The notes below the pieces were generated by a model, which saw nothing but the letters and a program-made list of their open reading frames with translations, was not told the DNA's origin and ran no database searches. Below, piece by piece: positions 13,904-27,012 of a stretch of DNA of 64,000 nt. Within the stretch, counting starts at the first letter, position 1, and each line of letters starts with the position of its first letter. This DNA comes from Eledone cirrhosa (Eukaryota): positions 171,988,001-172,052,000 of the forward strand of contig OZ024743.1 in NCBI GenBank assembly GCA_964016885.1. The letters run 5' to 3'. The position numbers were made by a program, and so were the translations under genes.

Positions 13904-14252
13904 TCGTGGGTATGTGTATGTTTATGTGTATTTGCGCGTGTGTGTGTGAATGTATCTATATGTGTGTATATATGAATCTATATATGTTTATATGCGTATG
14001 TGTATTTTATCTGTAGATTATAAACATACAGAGACATTAGCCCTGAATTTTTGTATTTACATACATTTTTTCGAGATGCGTATGCATGTGAACATATATT
14101 TTTATGCATATCTGTGAACGAAGTTACTTACATATATACACACACCTAACTGTATTTTCTTGATATATTTTTGTGTATTTCATTGGTCAATTTGAACTCT
14201 GTTCCCAAACAGACCTGTAATTTTGAATTGTTGTTATTATCAATAAATATAT

Positions 14253-14405
14253 TTCATTATTTCTGAAGACGGCATATGTATGTGTTGGTATGTATATTAT
14301 ATTTGATAATTTGTATAATTTTGTATAATTTTGTACATAGATCTGTTGAGTATGCATACCAATTCTAACACATATATGTCCTAGAAACGATCGTTAAATA
14401 ATGAA
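14253..14405 (+). ncRNA. Hammerhead family C (right arm)
   Basis: 10-bp stem I UUCAUUAUUU/AAAUAAUGAA, CUGAAGA, long stem II (GGCAUAUGUAUGUGUU..AACACAUAUAUGUC), GAAA, palindromic stem III ACGAUCGU, GUU triplet. Confidence 0.78.
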
Positions 14406-14599
14406 CTTTTTTTGTTTAATATAAGGAACTGTTTCATTGTTTTATTCATTATTTTTTTAATACTTTATCTTGACTCTGTATTCCGTTTATCTTTCACCGA
14501 AAGTGATTTTTGAATGCATCTCTTCTTTCCATGATATCCGGATTACATTGAGTTCTTCATACGGATTGGACACTACCGTAAACTCTTGGTAGATTTATC

Positions 14600-14646
<47 letters not shown>

Positions 14647-14749
14647 CTAAATGTGTATGTCCAAAGAATAATATTATGGACATTATAAGTTTTAACGTTA
14701 ATCGATAAATGAAGCAGCCTCCTTATGAAACAGGCGAACGCTTAATTAA

Positions 14750-14960
14750 GGGCGATTCAGCGTTACACAGTGTGTGATGAGGCGGGTCCTATCAATGAAG
14801 TTATTCCGACGAGCTTCCGGACAATTTCTGTTTACCAAGTTTCAATAACTTGGCTTCGGTCAATTCTGAAACTATGGTAAACGATACTTACACAAGATTA
14901 TATGTAGTTGGATTGAATCCGGGATCTAACCATTTGTCCAGTTACGTGACTACAGACCAA
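14750..14960 (-). mobile_element. Possible degenerate SINE remnant
   Basis: ggattgaatcc (reverse B-box-like) with a loose resemblance to cephalopod SINE bodies; weak. Confidence 0.3.
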
Positions 14961-15024
14961 ATCACACACAAATAAAATCAGGCACACACACATACACACA
15001 CGCAAATATACACGTATGTATGTA

Positions 15025-18000
15025 TGTTCTTCTGGTTTTATAATTTCACAAATGTTTGACAACAGAGAGAGAGAGAGTCGGTTTCTAACATAGACACAAG
15101 ACTCTCTCATTGGAATTTACACAACATCAACTAGGTACATATGAATGCATATCTGCATGCATGCATGTGTAGATATGGATGTTATTGTATGTGTGCATGT
15201 GTATATGCTTCGTATCTGTACATGTGTATATGCAGTTATTAGATGCAAGGTTTTGGGAATGTTTTACATAATTTTACTGTTCCATTAATGGATTGTACTT
15301 GTAATTTCTTAACTAGTTGTGTTCTTTCTGTTCCTGTGAAGCCCAACTTCTCAAGATTTGTATTGAGGCAGTTACTAACATATCCCAGTGCCTAATAATC
15401 ACAGGCATAAATCTGAAGGTATAATCAGAGTGGAGTATTTGCAGATTTCTCATCAGTTCTGCATAAATATTCTCCTTTTCGCTAATCTTTGATATTATAT
15501 TGGCATCTGCTGACAGCTAATTTCCATTACTGTGCATGCTTTCTTTTCCCTGTCCCATATCATATCTGATCTGTTATGCCTGCATTTTATTGGGGTTTTT
15601 ACTGGAAGATTCCACCAGTATAATTTCATATTATGTATATGTATGTCCTCCACATTGCTGTAGCTTTTAATGTGTTTATTATCGGAGCTATATTTTCTAC
15701 GGATTGCATTGTACAGTGTTTTGGCCACTACATCATGCTTCATAGGTAGATAGTAACGCGATTTCTTTGGACAGCTACTTATGACATGGGTGTCATCTTC
15801 GATATTAATTCTGCAAGTCTGCACTTGTTATCACATCTAGGTGATTTGCCTGCATCCCTATCTCTTTTGTGAATTTAGGTATTTCGTGTTGATTTCCTGT
15901 TTTTGGATTGCAAAAGCGTATCCTTCAAAGTGGGAGCCAATATAGCGGTTGTTGGTCCAAGATAGACTACTTTCCTTATCTATATTACTCTTACTCTGGA
16001 GTTTTCTGGCAACATATCAATGCATGATTTTTTGCTGATAGGCATGCAGTTTTTCATCCATGGATTCACTGCGATATTCCTGAGCGACATCCCTGGGTGT
16101 GAGTTTTTGATCATCACACAGGGAATATCTCTCAAGGAGTTCCTTCCCAGCTCTCATGATCTTATCTGTTTCATGCAGATAGACTTGCCCGAGAGACGGG
16201 CTCCCTACGCTTTGAGGTTCGTAGATGTTGTCGGAGGGTTATGATGCGACATTCAAATGCTGTCTGGACTGATGTTAGGCCCCTGCCTCCCTGCTTACGT
16301 TTCAAATAAAGGCGGTCTATGTCACTGTTGATGTGGAAGTTTCCGGTATTGTTTAGTATTTTTGGAGTTCCAACATCAATCGCTCGGATTTCGTCTATCG
16401 TCCAACTGAGTATTCCATACGTTGGTGTTAGGACATGCATAGCAAACATATTGTGAGCCACTGTTTTGTTTTGCGCAGAGAGTTCCAATGACCATATCTT
16501 TCTTATTCGGGTGTAGTATTCCCTGGTTACGCGTTCCTTTTTACAGATATCATTATAGAATATGTTCTCATGTATCCCCAGGTATCTGTAGCAGTCCTCA
16601 TCAGCTATTAGTGAAACAGTTAGGCCATTGATACAAATGTTGCTAGATTAGGTTGTTGTTTTTCCCCGCTTTACAGTCATATATGAGCATTTATCTTGGC
16701 CAAACTCCATTCCTATATCCTTTGAGAATGTTGTAACCAGGTCAAGATTTTTCTTCATCCCATCCATGTTCTTGGTATAGAGTTTCAGATCATCCATAAA
16801 GAAATTATGGGTTAGGTTCGTATTTCTGTCCTCCTGTGAGTCAATAATGTATCCTTCACATTTCTTGAGCAGAAAGGACAAGGGGTTTAATGACAGAATG
16901 AATAATATTACAGAGAGACTGTCTCCCTGAAATATAACCCTGCGATATTTTATTTTATCAGTGAAAATAGAGTCCTGTTCTTAACTTTAGGATAGTAGCC
17001 CAAGAAGAAGACAGCTTCTCTATGGCTCTGATAATAATTGTTTCTACTTTTGGCACAAGGCCAGCAATTACCCAGTGTATTACTGGTACTTTAATTTATC
17101 GACCCCATAAGGATGAATGGCAAAGTTAACCTCGGCGGGATTTGAATTCATAAGGGCAAGGGCGGTAACTCTATGCGTCAAAGCATGGCGTCCGACCCCC
17201 TACTGATACTTCCAATCCACCGCCCTTAGCTCTGATAATAATGACTGGGACTTTAGCAAGTTGGAGGGCCTCTATCATCCAAAAGTGGGGAACAGAATCG
17301 AAAGCTTTCCTGTAGTCCAGCCGGACTGTAGCCATATTCCTCCTAAGTTGTTGTACCTCCGACATTGCAGCTTTGTTAATTAGGAGTTATTCAGCACATC
17401 CCTAAACCCCCTTCTTTCCAGCTGCTTGTTCATCTGTGATGATGTTATTATTTTCACAGTGATCTTAGAGGAATAGGTTCAGGCAGGCTGTATACATCTT
17501 ATACATCAGGTTCTGGCATGCAATGGGTCGGTATTTTTTTGCCAAGTGGATGTCTTTGTTCTTGGGGACCAGTAATGTTTGTGATAATGTCAACCATTCT
17601 GGTATAAGTGTATCTCCCTTAAGAACTTGTTGGTAGAGGTCGGTAAGATACCTCCGATAGAATATCAGTTATTTGTACCAGTAGCCGACAATCATGTCTC
17701 TTCCTGGTGTTTTCTTATCTTGGCGTTTTCCTATCACAGTCTCAAGGGTACCCTCACTTATTTCGTATGTTTGTGTTGTAGTGTAGGAGCAATAGTTCTT
17801 TTGGATTTCTTTTAGCCACACTGCATCTTGGTTGAAATTCTTCTTTTCACACCATATTTTTCTCCAAAAGGAATCTATGTCTTTCTGGGGTGGGGCCTCA
17901 GTGACACTTATTATTTTGCCCTTCATATCTCTATAGACTGATGTTTGGTTACGTCTGAATCTTTTATTAAGCACTTTTCTTTCATATACCTTCTTCAGGT

Positions 18001-19258
18001 ATCGGCGTTTCAATTCTTGTTTGAGCGTTATCAGCGTATATTGAAGAGTCCTGGTTCTACTGTTACCAAACATCGTCTCTATTTTATTTTTCCCTCTTTG
18101 TTGGTGAGGAGTGAAGATGTTGTGTTTGTTTGCATGGGAGCATTGTCACATATCCTATGGTTTTTCCTAGGTCAACAATCTTTTTTTCTATTTTAGTTAT
18201 ATTTGATGGTATTTTTGGTGGTGTTTTGTTCTTGTTAATATCTCTGCTATCACCAAGATAATGCTTCACTGTCGTTGCTAATGCATATAAACAGGCGTTG
18301 ATTTGCCAAAATGTTGGGGTTTTTATCCGTCGTAAATATTCATCTCCTGTTTCGTCAATAACACGTAATATTTCATTGTTCGATGTTTTTTATTAAATAT
18401 TGTTGTTTTAATACGTTCAGCAAGAGAAATGTTTATACATGAATTAATTTCTCTCTGGAAGATTTCGTTGGGGGGAATTTTCAATTATTTATACTTTTGA
18501 TCATTATCATTATCGATAGTATTTTCCACAATAGTCGAGGTAGACTCGGATGGTACACGTGGTGTCAAATTTCTTCGATTATTCTTATTATTTCTTCGAA
18601 TATTATTATTATCGATAGTGTTTTCCCCAGCATCCGAGGTAGACTTAGATGGTACACGTGGTGTCAAATTTCTTACAGGCATAGTTGTTTCAAGGCACTG
18701 TTCGTCCTGGCTGCTAGGAAGCCTAGTAGCATGGCGACTACTAGCACATGTTGTTGATTCCATGTTTGTTGTGAGGGACTTACAATTAATAATATTTATC
18801 TTATTTTTACGTTCAACAAACGTCGCTTGTTGGCGTAATCGTTTCGCTGTGAAATAATTTAGCTCTGGGTGTATTTCGTCCCAGTGTAGCTTCATTCTGT
18901 TCATATAGCCAATGGAGGGATTGTTTTTTGCCATTTTATAACAATTAAATAGATCACAATTAAGATCGCAACCCCAAGAGAAATGCGATTTATAATTTCG
19001 GTTTCTTCTGTAGCTACAACTGAATACATTTTGTTTACCTTTCTCGTTTTTCTTCGGCATTCCACTGATGTTGTTGTCGATGTTGTGTTCAGCCATGCTG
19101 TTTCTAGCAAATCCTTGTAAAATGAATTATGTATTTAGCCGGATATCTCCACGAATTCGAATAAAAGGTGTCTTCAGTGGATATAGTTAGAAGAATATCC
19201 AGTTACTCAACATGATGGTAGTTGTGGCATTACTGTCGGAGATAATATTCATCTTAAA
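15025..19258 (-). mobile_element. Degenerate R4/Dong-like non-LTR retrotransposon (RT + restriction-like endonuclease), family 1
   Basis: ORF pieces: GYMNRMKLHW (N-terminus), KTPGRD, LDYRKAFDSVPH, FFMDDLKL, LYLKRKQGGRGL, CRI..H..SSC..KHD..NRSD (CCHC + RLE). Many frameshifts. Confidence 0.88.
17039..17228 (-). mobile_element. tRNA-derived SINE inserted in the LINE RT, with a 14-bp TSD
   Basis: GCTCTGATAATAAT at 17025-17038 and 17229-17242; B box GAATTCAAATCC; body matches the other SINE copies. Confidence 0.9.
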
Positions 19259-19284
19259 TTTAATGAATAGTCTCCCACGCCAGT

Positions 19285-19403
19285 ATGTATGTATGTTCAT
19301 GTATGTATATATATATATATATATACACATATATATGTGCATATATGTATATATATAGATATATATGTGTGTGTATATATATACATATATATGTGCATGT
19401 ATG

Positions 19404-19481
<78 letters not shown>

Positions 19482-19936
19482 TGTGTGTGTATGGTAATTG
19501 CATGAGAACATTTTTAAACAATTGTATAACACACATTGGATAACTGTTTATACTACCCACACTCACGCACACATTGTATAACTACACATTCACACAATAT
19601 ATAACTACAACACCCACACACATTGGATAATTATACACACACATTGTATATACACAAAAAGCAAGTGTATTATAGATACACTCATATTGACTAACTATAT
19701 ATAAACACACACACATACACTGTGTAACTATATACACATGTATTTTATAACTATATATATACACACATACATTGTATAACTATATATACAAACACACACA
19801 CACGCTATATGATTATATATACGCATGCATTTTGCCTGAAGACCTGTGTAATATGCATATAAGTGCGCGCATGTTTGCCTGTGACTCGCATATGGATTTC
19901 TGATCGTGTGCTTGTGTTTGCTGAGAGTTGAACTAG

Positions 19937-19970
<34 letters not shown>

Positions 19971-20017
19971 GCCTCTCTTTCTCTATCTCTCTATCTCTCT
20001 ATTTCTCTCTCTCAATG

Positions 20018-20050
<33 letters not shown>

Positions 20051-20115
20051 ATATATATGTATATGTATGTGTGTGTGGGTGTGTGTATGTGTGTGTGCGT
20101 GTGTGTGTGTGTGTG
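19285..20115. repeat. Microsatellite block (TA/TG/CA/CT)
   Basis: Visible directly. Confidence 0.9.
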
Positions 20116-20419
20116 CGTACGTCGAAAATTATATCATTTCTGGAAAGAGAAGAGAAGATAGAGAAACAGAGACAGGGAGGAGAAAAGGGAAGGCAAAGAA
20201 GAGAGAGAGAGGGAGACAAAGAGAGGGTCGAGAGAGTCAAGGATAGAAGGAAGGAAGGAAAAAGAAAAGAAAAGAAAGAAAAGGAAACGGGAATGATCTT
20301 TACTCAAATGTGTCGTTGCATCTGGCATGGCGGAATTATGATTGCAGTGGTGTAAGAAAGACAGAACAGAGCAGTCTTGAAACATAGGAACATATTGTCT
20401 TTAATACGATATGTATGTA

Positions 20420-21237
20420 TATTCTGATTTTATAATTTCACAAATGTTTGCCAATAGAGAGAGAGTCGGTTTCTAACATAGACACAAGACTCTCTCATTG
20501 GAATTTACACATCAACTAGGTAGATATGTATGCATGTCTGCATATATGTGTGTGCAGGTATGGATGTTATTGTATGTGTGAATGTGTATGTTTTGATTTG
20601 TATGTGTGCATGTTCATATGCTTTGTATCTGTACAAGTGTATATGCAGTTATTAGATGCAGAATTTTTGGCATGTTTTACATATTTTTATTGTTCCATTA
20701 ATGGATTGTACTTGTAATTTCCTAACTAGGCGTGTTCTTTCTGTTCCTGTGAAGCCTAGCTTCTCAAGATTTGTATTGAAGCAATTACTAACATATCCCA
20801 GTGCCCCAATAATCACAGACATAAATCTGAAGGTGTAATCAGGGTGGAGTATCTGAAGATTACTCATCAGTTCTCCATAAATATTCTCCTTTTCGCTAAT
20901 CTTTGATATTATATTGGCATCTACTGGACAGCTAACTTCCACTACTGTGCATGACTTCTTTTCCCTGTCCCATATCATAATATCTTGTCTGTTATGCATG
21001 CATCTTATTGGGGTTTTTACTGGAACATTCCACCAGTATTCTTTCATATTATGTATATGTATGTCTTCCACATTGCTGTAGCTTATAATATGTTTATTGT
21101 CGGGGCTATCTTTTCTACAGATTGCATTATACAGTGTTTTGGTCACTACATCATGCCTCATAGGTAGATCGTACCGTGATGACATTGTTGGACAGCTGCT
21201 TATGATATAGGTGACATATTCGATGTTAATTCTGCAG
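20420..21237 (-). mobile_element. 5'-truncated second copy of R4/Dong-like family 1 (RLE domain + 3' UTR)
   Basis: ORF 20652-21185 RHDVV..NRQDIMIWD..VEVSCP..IIGALG. The 3' UTR matches 15025-15250. Confidence 0.9.
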
Positions 21238-21475
21238 AGTATGTATATGTTTGTGTGTATGTATATATATATGTATATATGTGTATGTGCATATATATAT
21301 TTATGTGTGTATGTATATGCATGTATATACAGTACTTGTATTCAATGAATGTCAGCTCATGTTACTTTATTATTATCATTATCGTCGTATTTATCATCTT
21401 TTGATTAAAAGCAGTGTATTTTGTTTTATATCAGATTTTTTAACCTTTATTTCTCATTTTTATTCAATTATTATT

Positions 21476-21665
21476 TGGTTTGGCAGTATCGGTAGAGCGT
21501 CAGACACCATGCTTTGCACCATAGTCATGGCCCCTTACATTTTGAATTCAAATCCTGTGGAGGTTAACTTTGCCTTTCATCCTTACGGGGTCGATAAAAT
21601 AAATTACCAGTAATACACTGGGATAATTGTTGGCCTTGTGCCAAAAGTAGAAACAATTATTATTG
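21476..21665 (+). mobile_element. tRNA-derived SINE
   Basis: A box TGGCAGTATCGG, B box GAATTCAAATCC, tail GGCCTTGTGCCAAAAGTAGAAACAATTATTATT. Confidence 0.88.
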
Positions 21666-24600
21666 ATACCCACACTACCACCACCACAGCAACAGCTGGA
21701 ACAAAAAAAACATGAACAAAAACAACACCAACAGCAACAAAGACAACAACAATGACAACCACAACAGCAACAACAATAACAACAACAAAAAACGGAAGCA
21801 AAAACAACAGCAGCAATGAGAACAAGAACGCAACAGTAAATTACAATGCCGCAGAGAGAAATAGACCCAGCGTAGAGACTGTCCTGGTCACAGAGGAGAA
21901 GATGGCGATCGCAAGACACATGGTGACCAGAACTGAAATTTCAGTCGCTCTGAAACCTCCAGCCGATTTCATAGAGGAGCAAGAACGACGCACAGTGTCA
22001 TACCGCACAATTGACACGAAATCGCGTCGTCTGGAGAGAGCCATGGAGGCTCAAATACAAAGGGCCTTGGGGAATGTGTGGGCACGGAAAATCCACATCA
22101 GCCAGGGTAAGAAGTATGCCACTGTGGACGTCTTTTTGCCACCACCCAGGAAGCAAAATCTCTCTCCTTGACAACCTAAGGAGTGAAGAAATATTATTAT
22201 TCCCTGTTTATTGCGGGAAAAAAATTGCAAAATTTGGGCTGACCCAGGTCCCACCCTACGTACCCGTGCGTTGGCCCGCAACAACAGATACGACGACAAA
22301 ACGACTATTCTGTGGGTACAAAAGATGGGGAGAGGACTGGTCCGGTATTGGAACGGAGACGCTCATCCAAATCGACCAGGACTGCATCGGCACCATTCCT
22401 GACGTAATAGATCTCGGAAATGTCTCCCTACTTCCCACATCTGTGGAAGGAAGACGCCCGAAATGCTACAACTGGATCGAAAACTCACCTTAGGGTCTTC
22501 TGCCTACAAAAATAACAAAAGTAAAGGTCTCCTACGTTCCAACGCCGGAACCGCTGCCATCAGGAACACGGCAGGCAGCGAGGACATCGGGACTTTCCAC
22601 GGAGATTAGGAGGGCAACGTCCGTGGCACCCATACCAAGGCCACGGACAACAAAAACAGTGACAGCAATGGCAGCGACAGAAACAGTTGCACTAGCTCCA
22701 CCTGTGCCAAGAACCGCAGACAAGGATCCGTTACCACCACCACCAACAACAACAACAATTGAGAAGGTAGAATTCATACCCCTCCCCGACCTCTCACAGT
22801 CGGACATGGAGTATGAGGCGGCAGAGGAGCGGAAACGGCCCGCAACAAAATGCAAACCGCATCTTTACCCTCCAAAAGCGAGGAAAGCCAAAAAAAGTAA
22901 AAGCTACCAGGTGACTTGCAGCAACACCACAATCACCACCAACAACAACGACACCACTAACACGAGCATCGCAAACACAACAAAGCACACTCTCCCAACA
23001 ACAGCAACAAAAAACAACCAGTAAACAAAACCCCTCCCTAATATAAAAAAACACACTGCCATAAACACAGACAATAAAGGTTTGATGAAACATACAATTA
23101 CACACAAGCATTACAGACAGCAACTACTACATGTCACCAACACTATCAAGTATGCCCCAAAACTGCCAAGTAATTGAACTAGATTTAGAACAATACAAAG
23201 ATTTAAAAAGTAAATTCCCGAACTGTGTTTGGGATGTCAGAGGGTCTCTGACAAAAAGAATGTGCACTGATATTCTCAAGGAGGTGCCCACGACTAGCCA
23301 AAGGGACAATTCAACTGCCCCTTCTCTACGCAAACAGGGTAAGTGATCCTATCCCATTCCTCACCCAACACGGTCTTCCTCAGAATAGGCAGTGTGAATG
23401 CATGTGGCCTGTGATCAAAATGGAAGCAGGGTCACCTGCTCAATGACTTCAGGTCAATGAACATAGATCTGGTGACCATCAGAGAGACCAGAATTTCCGA
23501 GGCACGGAGCTTCCCACCCATTCTCAGCGGTTACGAGGTGTACGCATCACTAAACCGACCGGGTTCTGGGTGCGGAGTCGCTGTGTTATTTCGGAAAAGC
23601 CTTTATCTCGTCATACGGACCATCTTTCTGGACCCAGAAGGTAAGTCAGATGTGACCAGCAACGAAGGCTATGTTTTCAGGCTAGTGGCTCTGTATGCCC
23701 CGAAAGGTGCGGGATGGCCTGATTTTTTCAGACGTCTAGAGATCTTCCTGGGAATGTCCCGCTTTTTAGTGTTAGTGGGAGACTGGAACGGTATATTAGG
23801 GGACTATGAGGGGCTAGTAGATAAGAGATGGAGGTATAAAATCTTCACCAACCTGTTCAGATGTTTCCAACTGTCTAACATCTACCGACTGGATCACTCG
23901 AATGTGCCAGATCGTATCTAGATAAGTTATTCTGCAAGGAAGTAGATATGGCTAGCGCAAGTTGTCCAAGATTTAAAGTAGTCGACTACATGGACCACAA
24001 AGTTGTGATCTTTGAAATCGACTTAGATAGACTCCATAGGCAATAAACTGGTTACTGGAAGCTCAATGCCTCATTCCAGGCATGAAAAGATTACAGAGAC
24101 CAAGTTAGCGAGCGTTGACGGCGGCAATCGTCAACAAAAAATGCTGGTTCACCTTGAAAAGGGTGATTAGAATAGAGTCCATTATGTTTAGTAAGGCGTT
24201 AGCAACAAAGAAAAATAGAGCAGAGGGTGAATTAGTTAGATAACTAGACGAGGCGCTTAGTAAAGGGATCTCAACCGACGAGCTTGCGGTGAGATTGGCA
24301 CTCGACCAATTCTTCAACACATAATAAATCGCTTGGTGTGGATGACCTGCTCTACGAGCTGTACGTACACATGTCAGACTTGTTCGGCGACATATAGGCG
24401 AGCGTCTACTGCATCTGGAAGCAGAAGAGGAGAATTCGCAGAACTGTGAGCCGAGGATCGGTGGCGCTGCTGAGAAAGGACCCGAACTACGGGGACAACA
24501 TAGATAATTTTAGGCCCATAACTCTGCTAAACACAGAATTCAAAATTTTGACCAAGGTGCTAACAAACAGGTTGGAACTTGTCGTCGGTGGTCTGGTGGA

Positions 24601-26605
24601 AGAGGCACAGACATGCGCCATTCCAAACAGATCCATCCACAAAATCCTCCACCTTATACGATACATCTTGGAGAGAGGGTAGTTAGGGAACCTGGCACGG
24701 GTGGGTCCTTGATCAATTTAGAACAGTCGGAAGCTTTCGATAGAGTCGACCATCGTTATCTGGCGGTGGTTCTGAGGGCGGCCGGCTTTGGGCCCCTCTT
24801 CAGAAGCTGAATTGCTACCAAGCACAGTGACATCTGCTCTGTGGTGAAAATGAACGGTCACCTTTCGGAACCGTTCAACATCATGCGCTCGGTCCGCCAA
24901 GGATGTCCCTCGAGTCCCTCTTGTACGTATTGACTCTCGAGCCATTACTGCACAAACTAGAGAGTTTGAGGGTTTCCCGCGCGAACTGGGATGCGGAAGA
25001 ACCGTATCAGCATATGCAGACGACGTCACCGTAGTGGTGTCGAACGCCAAACACATCGAGGCGATCGACACTGCACTAAGAGAATACGAGGTAGTGACAG
25101 GAGCAATGATCTACCAGGAAAAGTCGGTGGGCCTGCAGCTCGGCACCTGGAGAGGCAGGGCCATTGCGTCCAACAGCGTTGTCGGGTGCTGAAAGAACAG
25201 ACCGATTAGATTGCTAGGCGTCTGCTTCGGTCCGGACCTCCAGACATACAAAAGCTGGGACAAGGTGACGAGCAGGGTGGCCTCTCTCACCCAGAAATGG
25301 GCCGAGAGGAAGCTATCCCTGAAAGGTAGAGCGAACGCGTACATAACGTCCGTCATCTACTACCGCCAGACCATCGTGCCTTGTCCTAAGCCTTGCCCTG
25401 CCTCGCTGGAGCGTTTGCTCTTTCGCATTTTTGAAGAAGGGACGTACTCCGATGGTCAGGCGGTGCTTCTACTGTCAACACCGAATACGCGGAGGGCTGG
25501 GCGTGTCATGGCTGATGATGCGCAGACATGCACTCAGGCTACGGCATCTCCACCTCTACCTCGACAGTGATCAAGTGTGGTCGCCGTTTGCTAGACGCGT
25601 GTTTCCCCAGCTCGTCTCCTTGACGGAGCTGCAGTCCTGGGTCAAGCGAAGACTGAGAGGGAGCGCTTGGAAACTGGAATGTGTTCAGGCGCTTACAGCC
25701 CTCGACCATTCGGGCAATGCGATCGGTGGAAACTTCACCTTGGCGTTTTATAGTAGGTTAGTGGAGGGAAAGAGCGACGACGTCCATGGAGAGACTCTGG
25801 GTGCCGACGAAAATCAACTAGCCAATCTCTTCGGAAGAACTTTCGGGCCGGGGCCTATGGACAACTTCCAGAAATCCCTGGCCTGACAGTGCTGCCGAGG
25901 GGCTTTGCCTGTTCGGGATAAACTCTACAGGCATGGAAGTGCCGTTAGCCGGGCATGTGCGAGAAGCGCACAGGGTGACGAAACCGTCCTGCACGCACTC
26001 GTCCAGTGTCCGAGCATTGATGACTTGTGGGTTTGTGTCGAACACCTGCTGTCGCGTGTAGGATGGATCCGACTATCAGCTGAGTCCATCGTGAGGATTG
26101 CCTCGCCGCCTTCCTTTAGCCTGGAAGGGCAGGCAGTTTTTATCTGTCTGGTGGCCATGGCGAAAGAGATAATATGGTGGACACGTCTGAAAGGGTTGAA
26201 GATGGGTATTTTTCTCTTCGGTGACGTCCCCATTAACCTTTTCAGGTTTCACCTGAAAAGGAAAATCAGGGTGGAGTGGGAAGTGCTCCCTTCCAGCCAG
26301 TTTTTGAAAGATTGGTGAGTGAGGCAAGAATGGTCCGTGTGAATGACGCTACCCTGAGCGTGCGCCTGTAGCATCGTAGGAGGAAAACTGGAAGAGGGCA
26401 CTTACCCTAGCGGTCAGGATAACCGTGGCTTTTTTAACTGTGTGTTTTCTTCACGAACGACCCTCGGAAGTCTCCCCCCGCCACCTCTATTGGGGAATTT
26501 TTCATTGTTTCTTTTTTTGTTACATTCTCTGTAACATTTGTACCGTCCTGTATTGTCCTGTGTTGACCTTAATGTTATACTTTGTGTAATAAAGAGAGCA
26601 TTATT
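21666..26605 (+). mobile_element. Degenerate Tx1-like (L1 group) LINE, copy A (ORF1 + APE/RT ORF2; internal deletion near 24325)
   Basis: Fragments are homologous to 30615-36041: VSYRTI..QIQRALG, GDWN, FRPITLLN, YADD region, DETVLHALVQC. AATAAA is followed by ATTATT. Confidence 0.88.
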
Positions 26606-26803
26606 GGTAAAGGGGCGGTGGATTGGCAGTATTGGTAGAGGGTCGGACGCCATATTTGACGTATAGAGTTACGACCCTTGCCATTCTGAGTTCAAATTCC
26701 GCCGAGGTTAACTTTGCCTTTCATCCTTACGGGGTCGATAAAATAAAGTACCAGTATGCACTGGGTAATTGCTGGCCTTGTGCCAAACGTAGAAACAATT
26801 ATT
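26606..26803 (+). mobile_element. tRNA-derived SINE (tandem copy 1)
   Basis: A/B boxes (TGGCAGTATTGG, GAGTTCAAATTC) and the family tail. Confidence 0.9.
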
Positions 26804-27012
26804 GGTAAAGGGGCGGTGGATTGGCAGTATCAGTAGAGAGTCGGACGCTATGCTCTCCAGCATAGTTACGTCCCTTTACGATCTGAGTTCAAATGCCGCC
26901 GAGATTACCTTTGTCATTCATCCTTACGTGCTCGATAAAATAAAGTACCAGTAATGTACTGAGATAACTGCTGGCCTTGTGCCAAAAGTAGAAACAATTA
27001 TTATTATTATCA
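26804..27012 (+). mobile_element. tRNA-derived SINE (tandem copy 2)
   Basis: Same head GGTAAAGGGGCGGTGGATTGGCAG; ends in (TTA)n. Confidence 0.9.

Larger units (their letters stand above)
6208..14603. mobile_element. Penelope-like element in fold-back form: inverted arms 6208-9561 and 11028-14466 around an RT spacer
   Basis: ORF 11012+ encodes the same C-terminus as ORF 9044-. The flanking microsatellite/UTR sequence is reverse-complementary on both sides. Confidence 0.92.

Noticed and set aside
6659-14016. Many Y/I/C/V/H/T-rich ORFs (also at 19-20, 54.5-55 and 57.5-62 kb)
   Set aside because: Translations of (TA)n/(TG)n/(CA)n microsatellites.
21476-27012. tRNA genes
   Set aside because: A/B boxes are present, but there is no cloverleaf, and the shared 3' body, tail and TSDs indicate SINEs.
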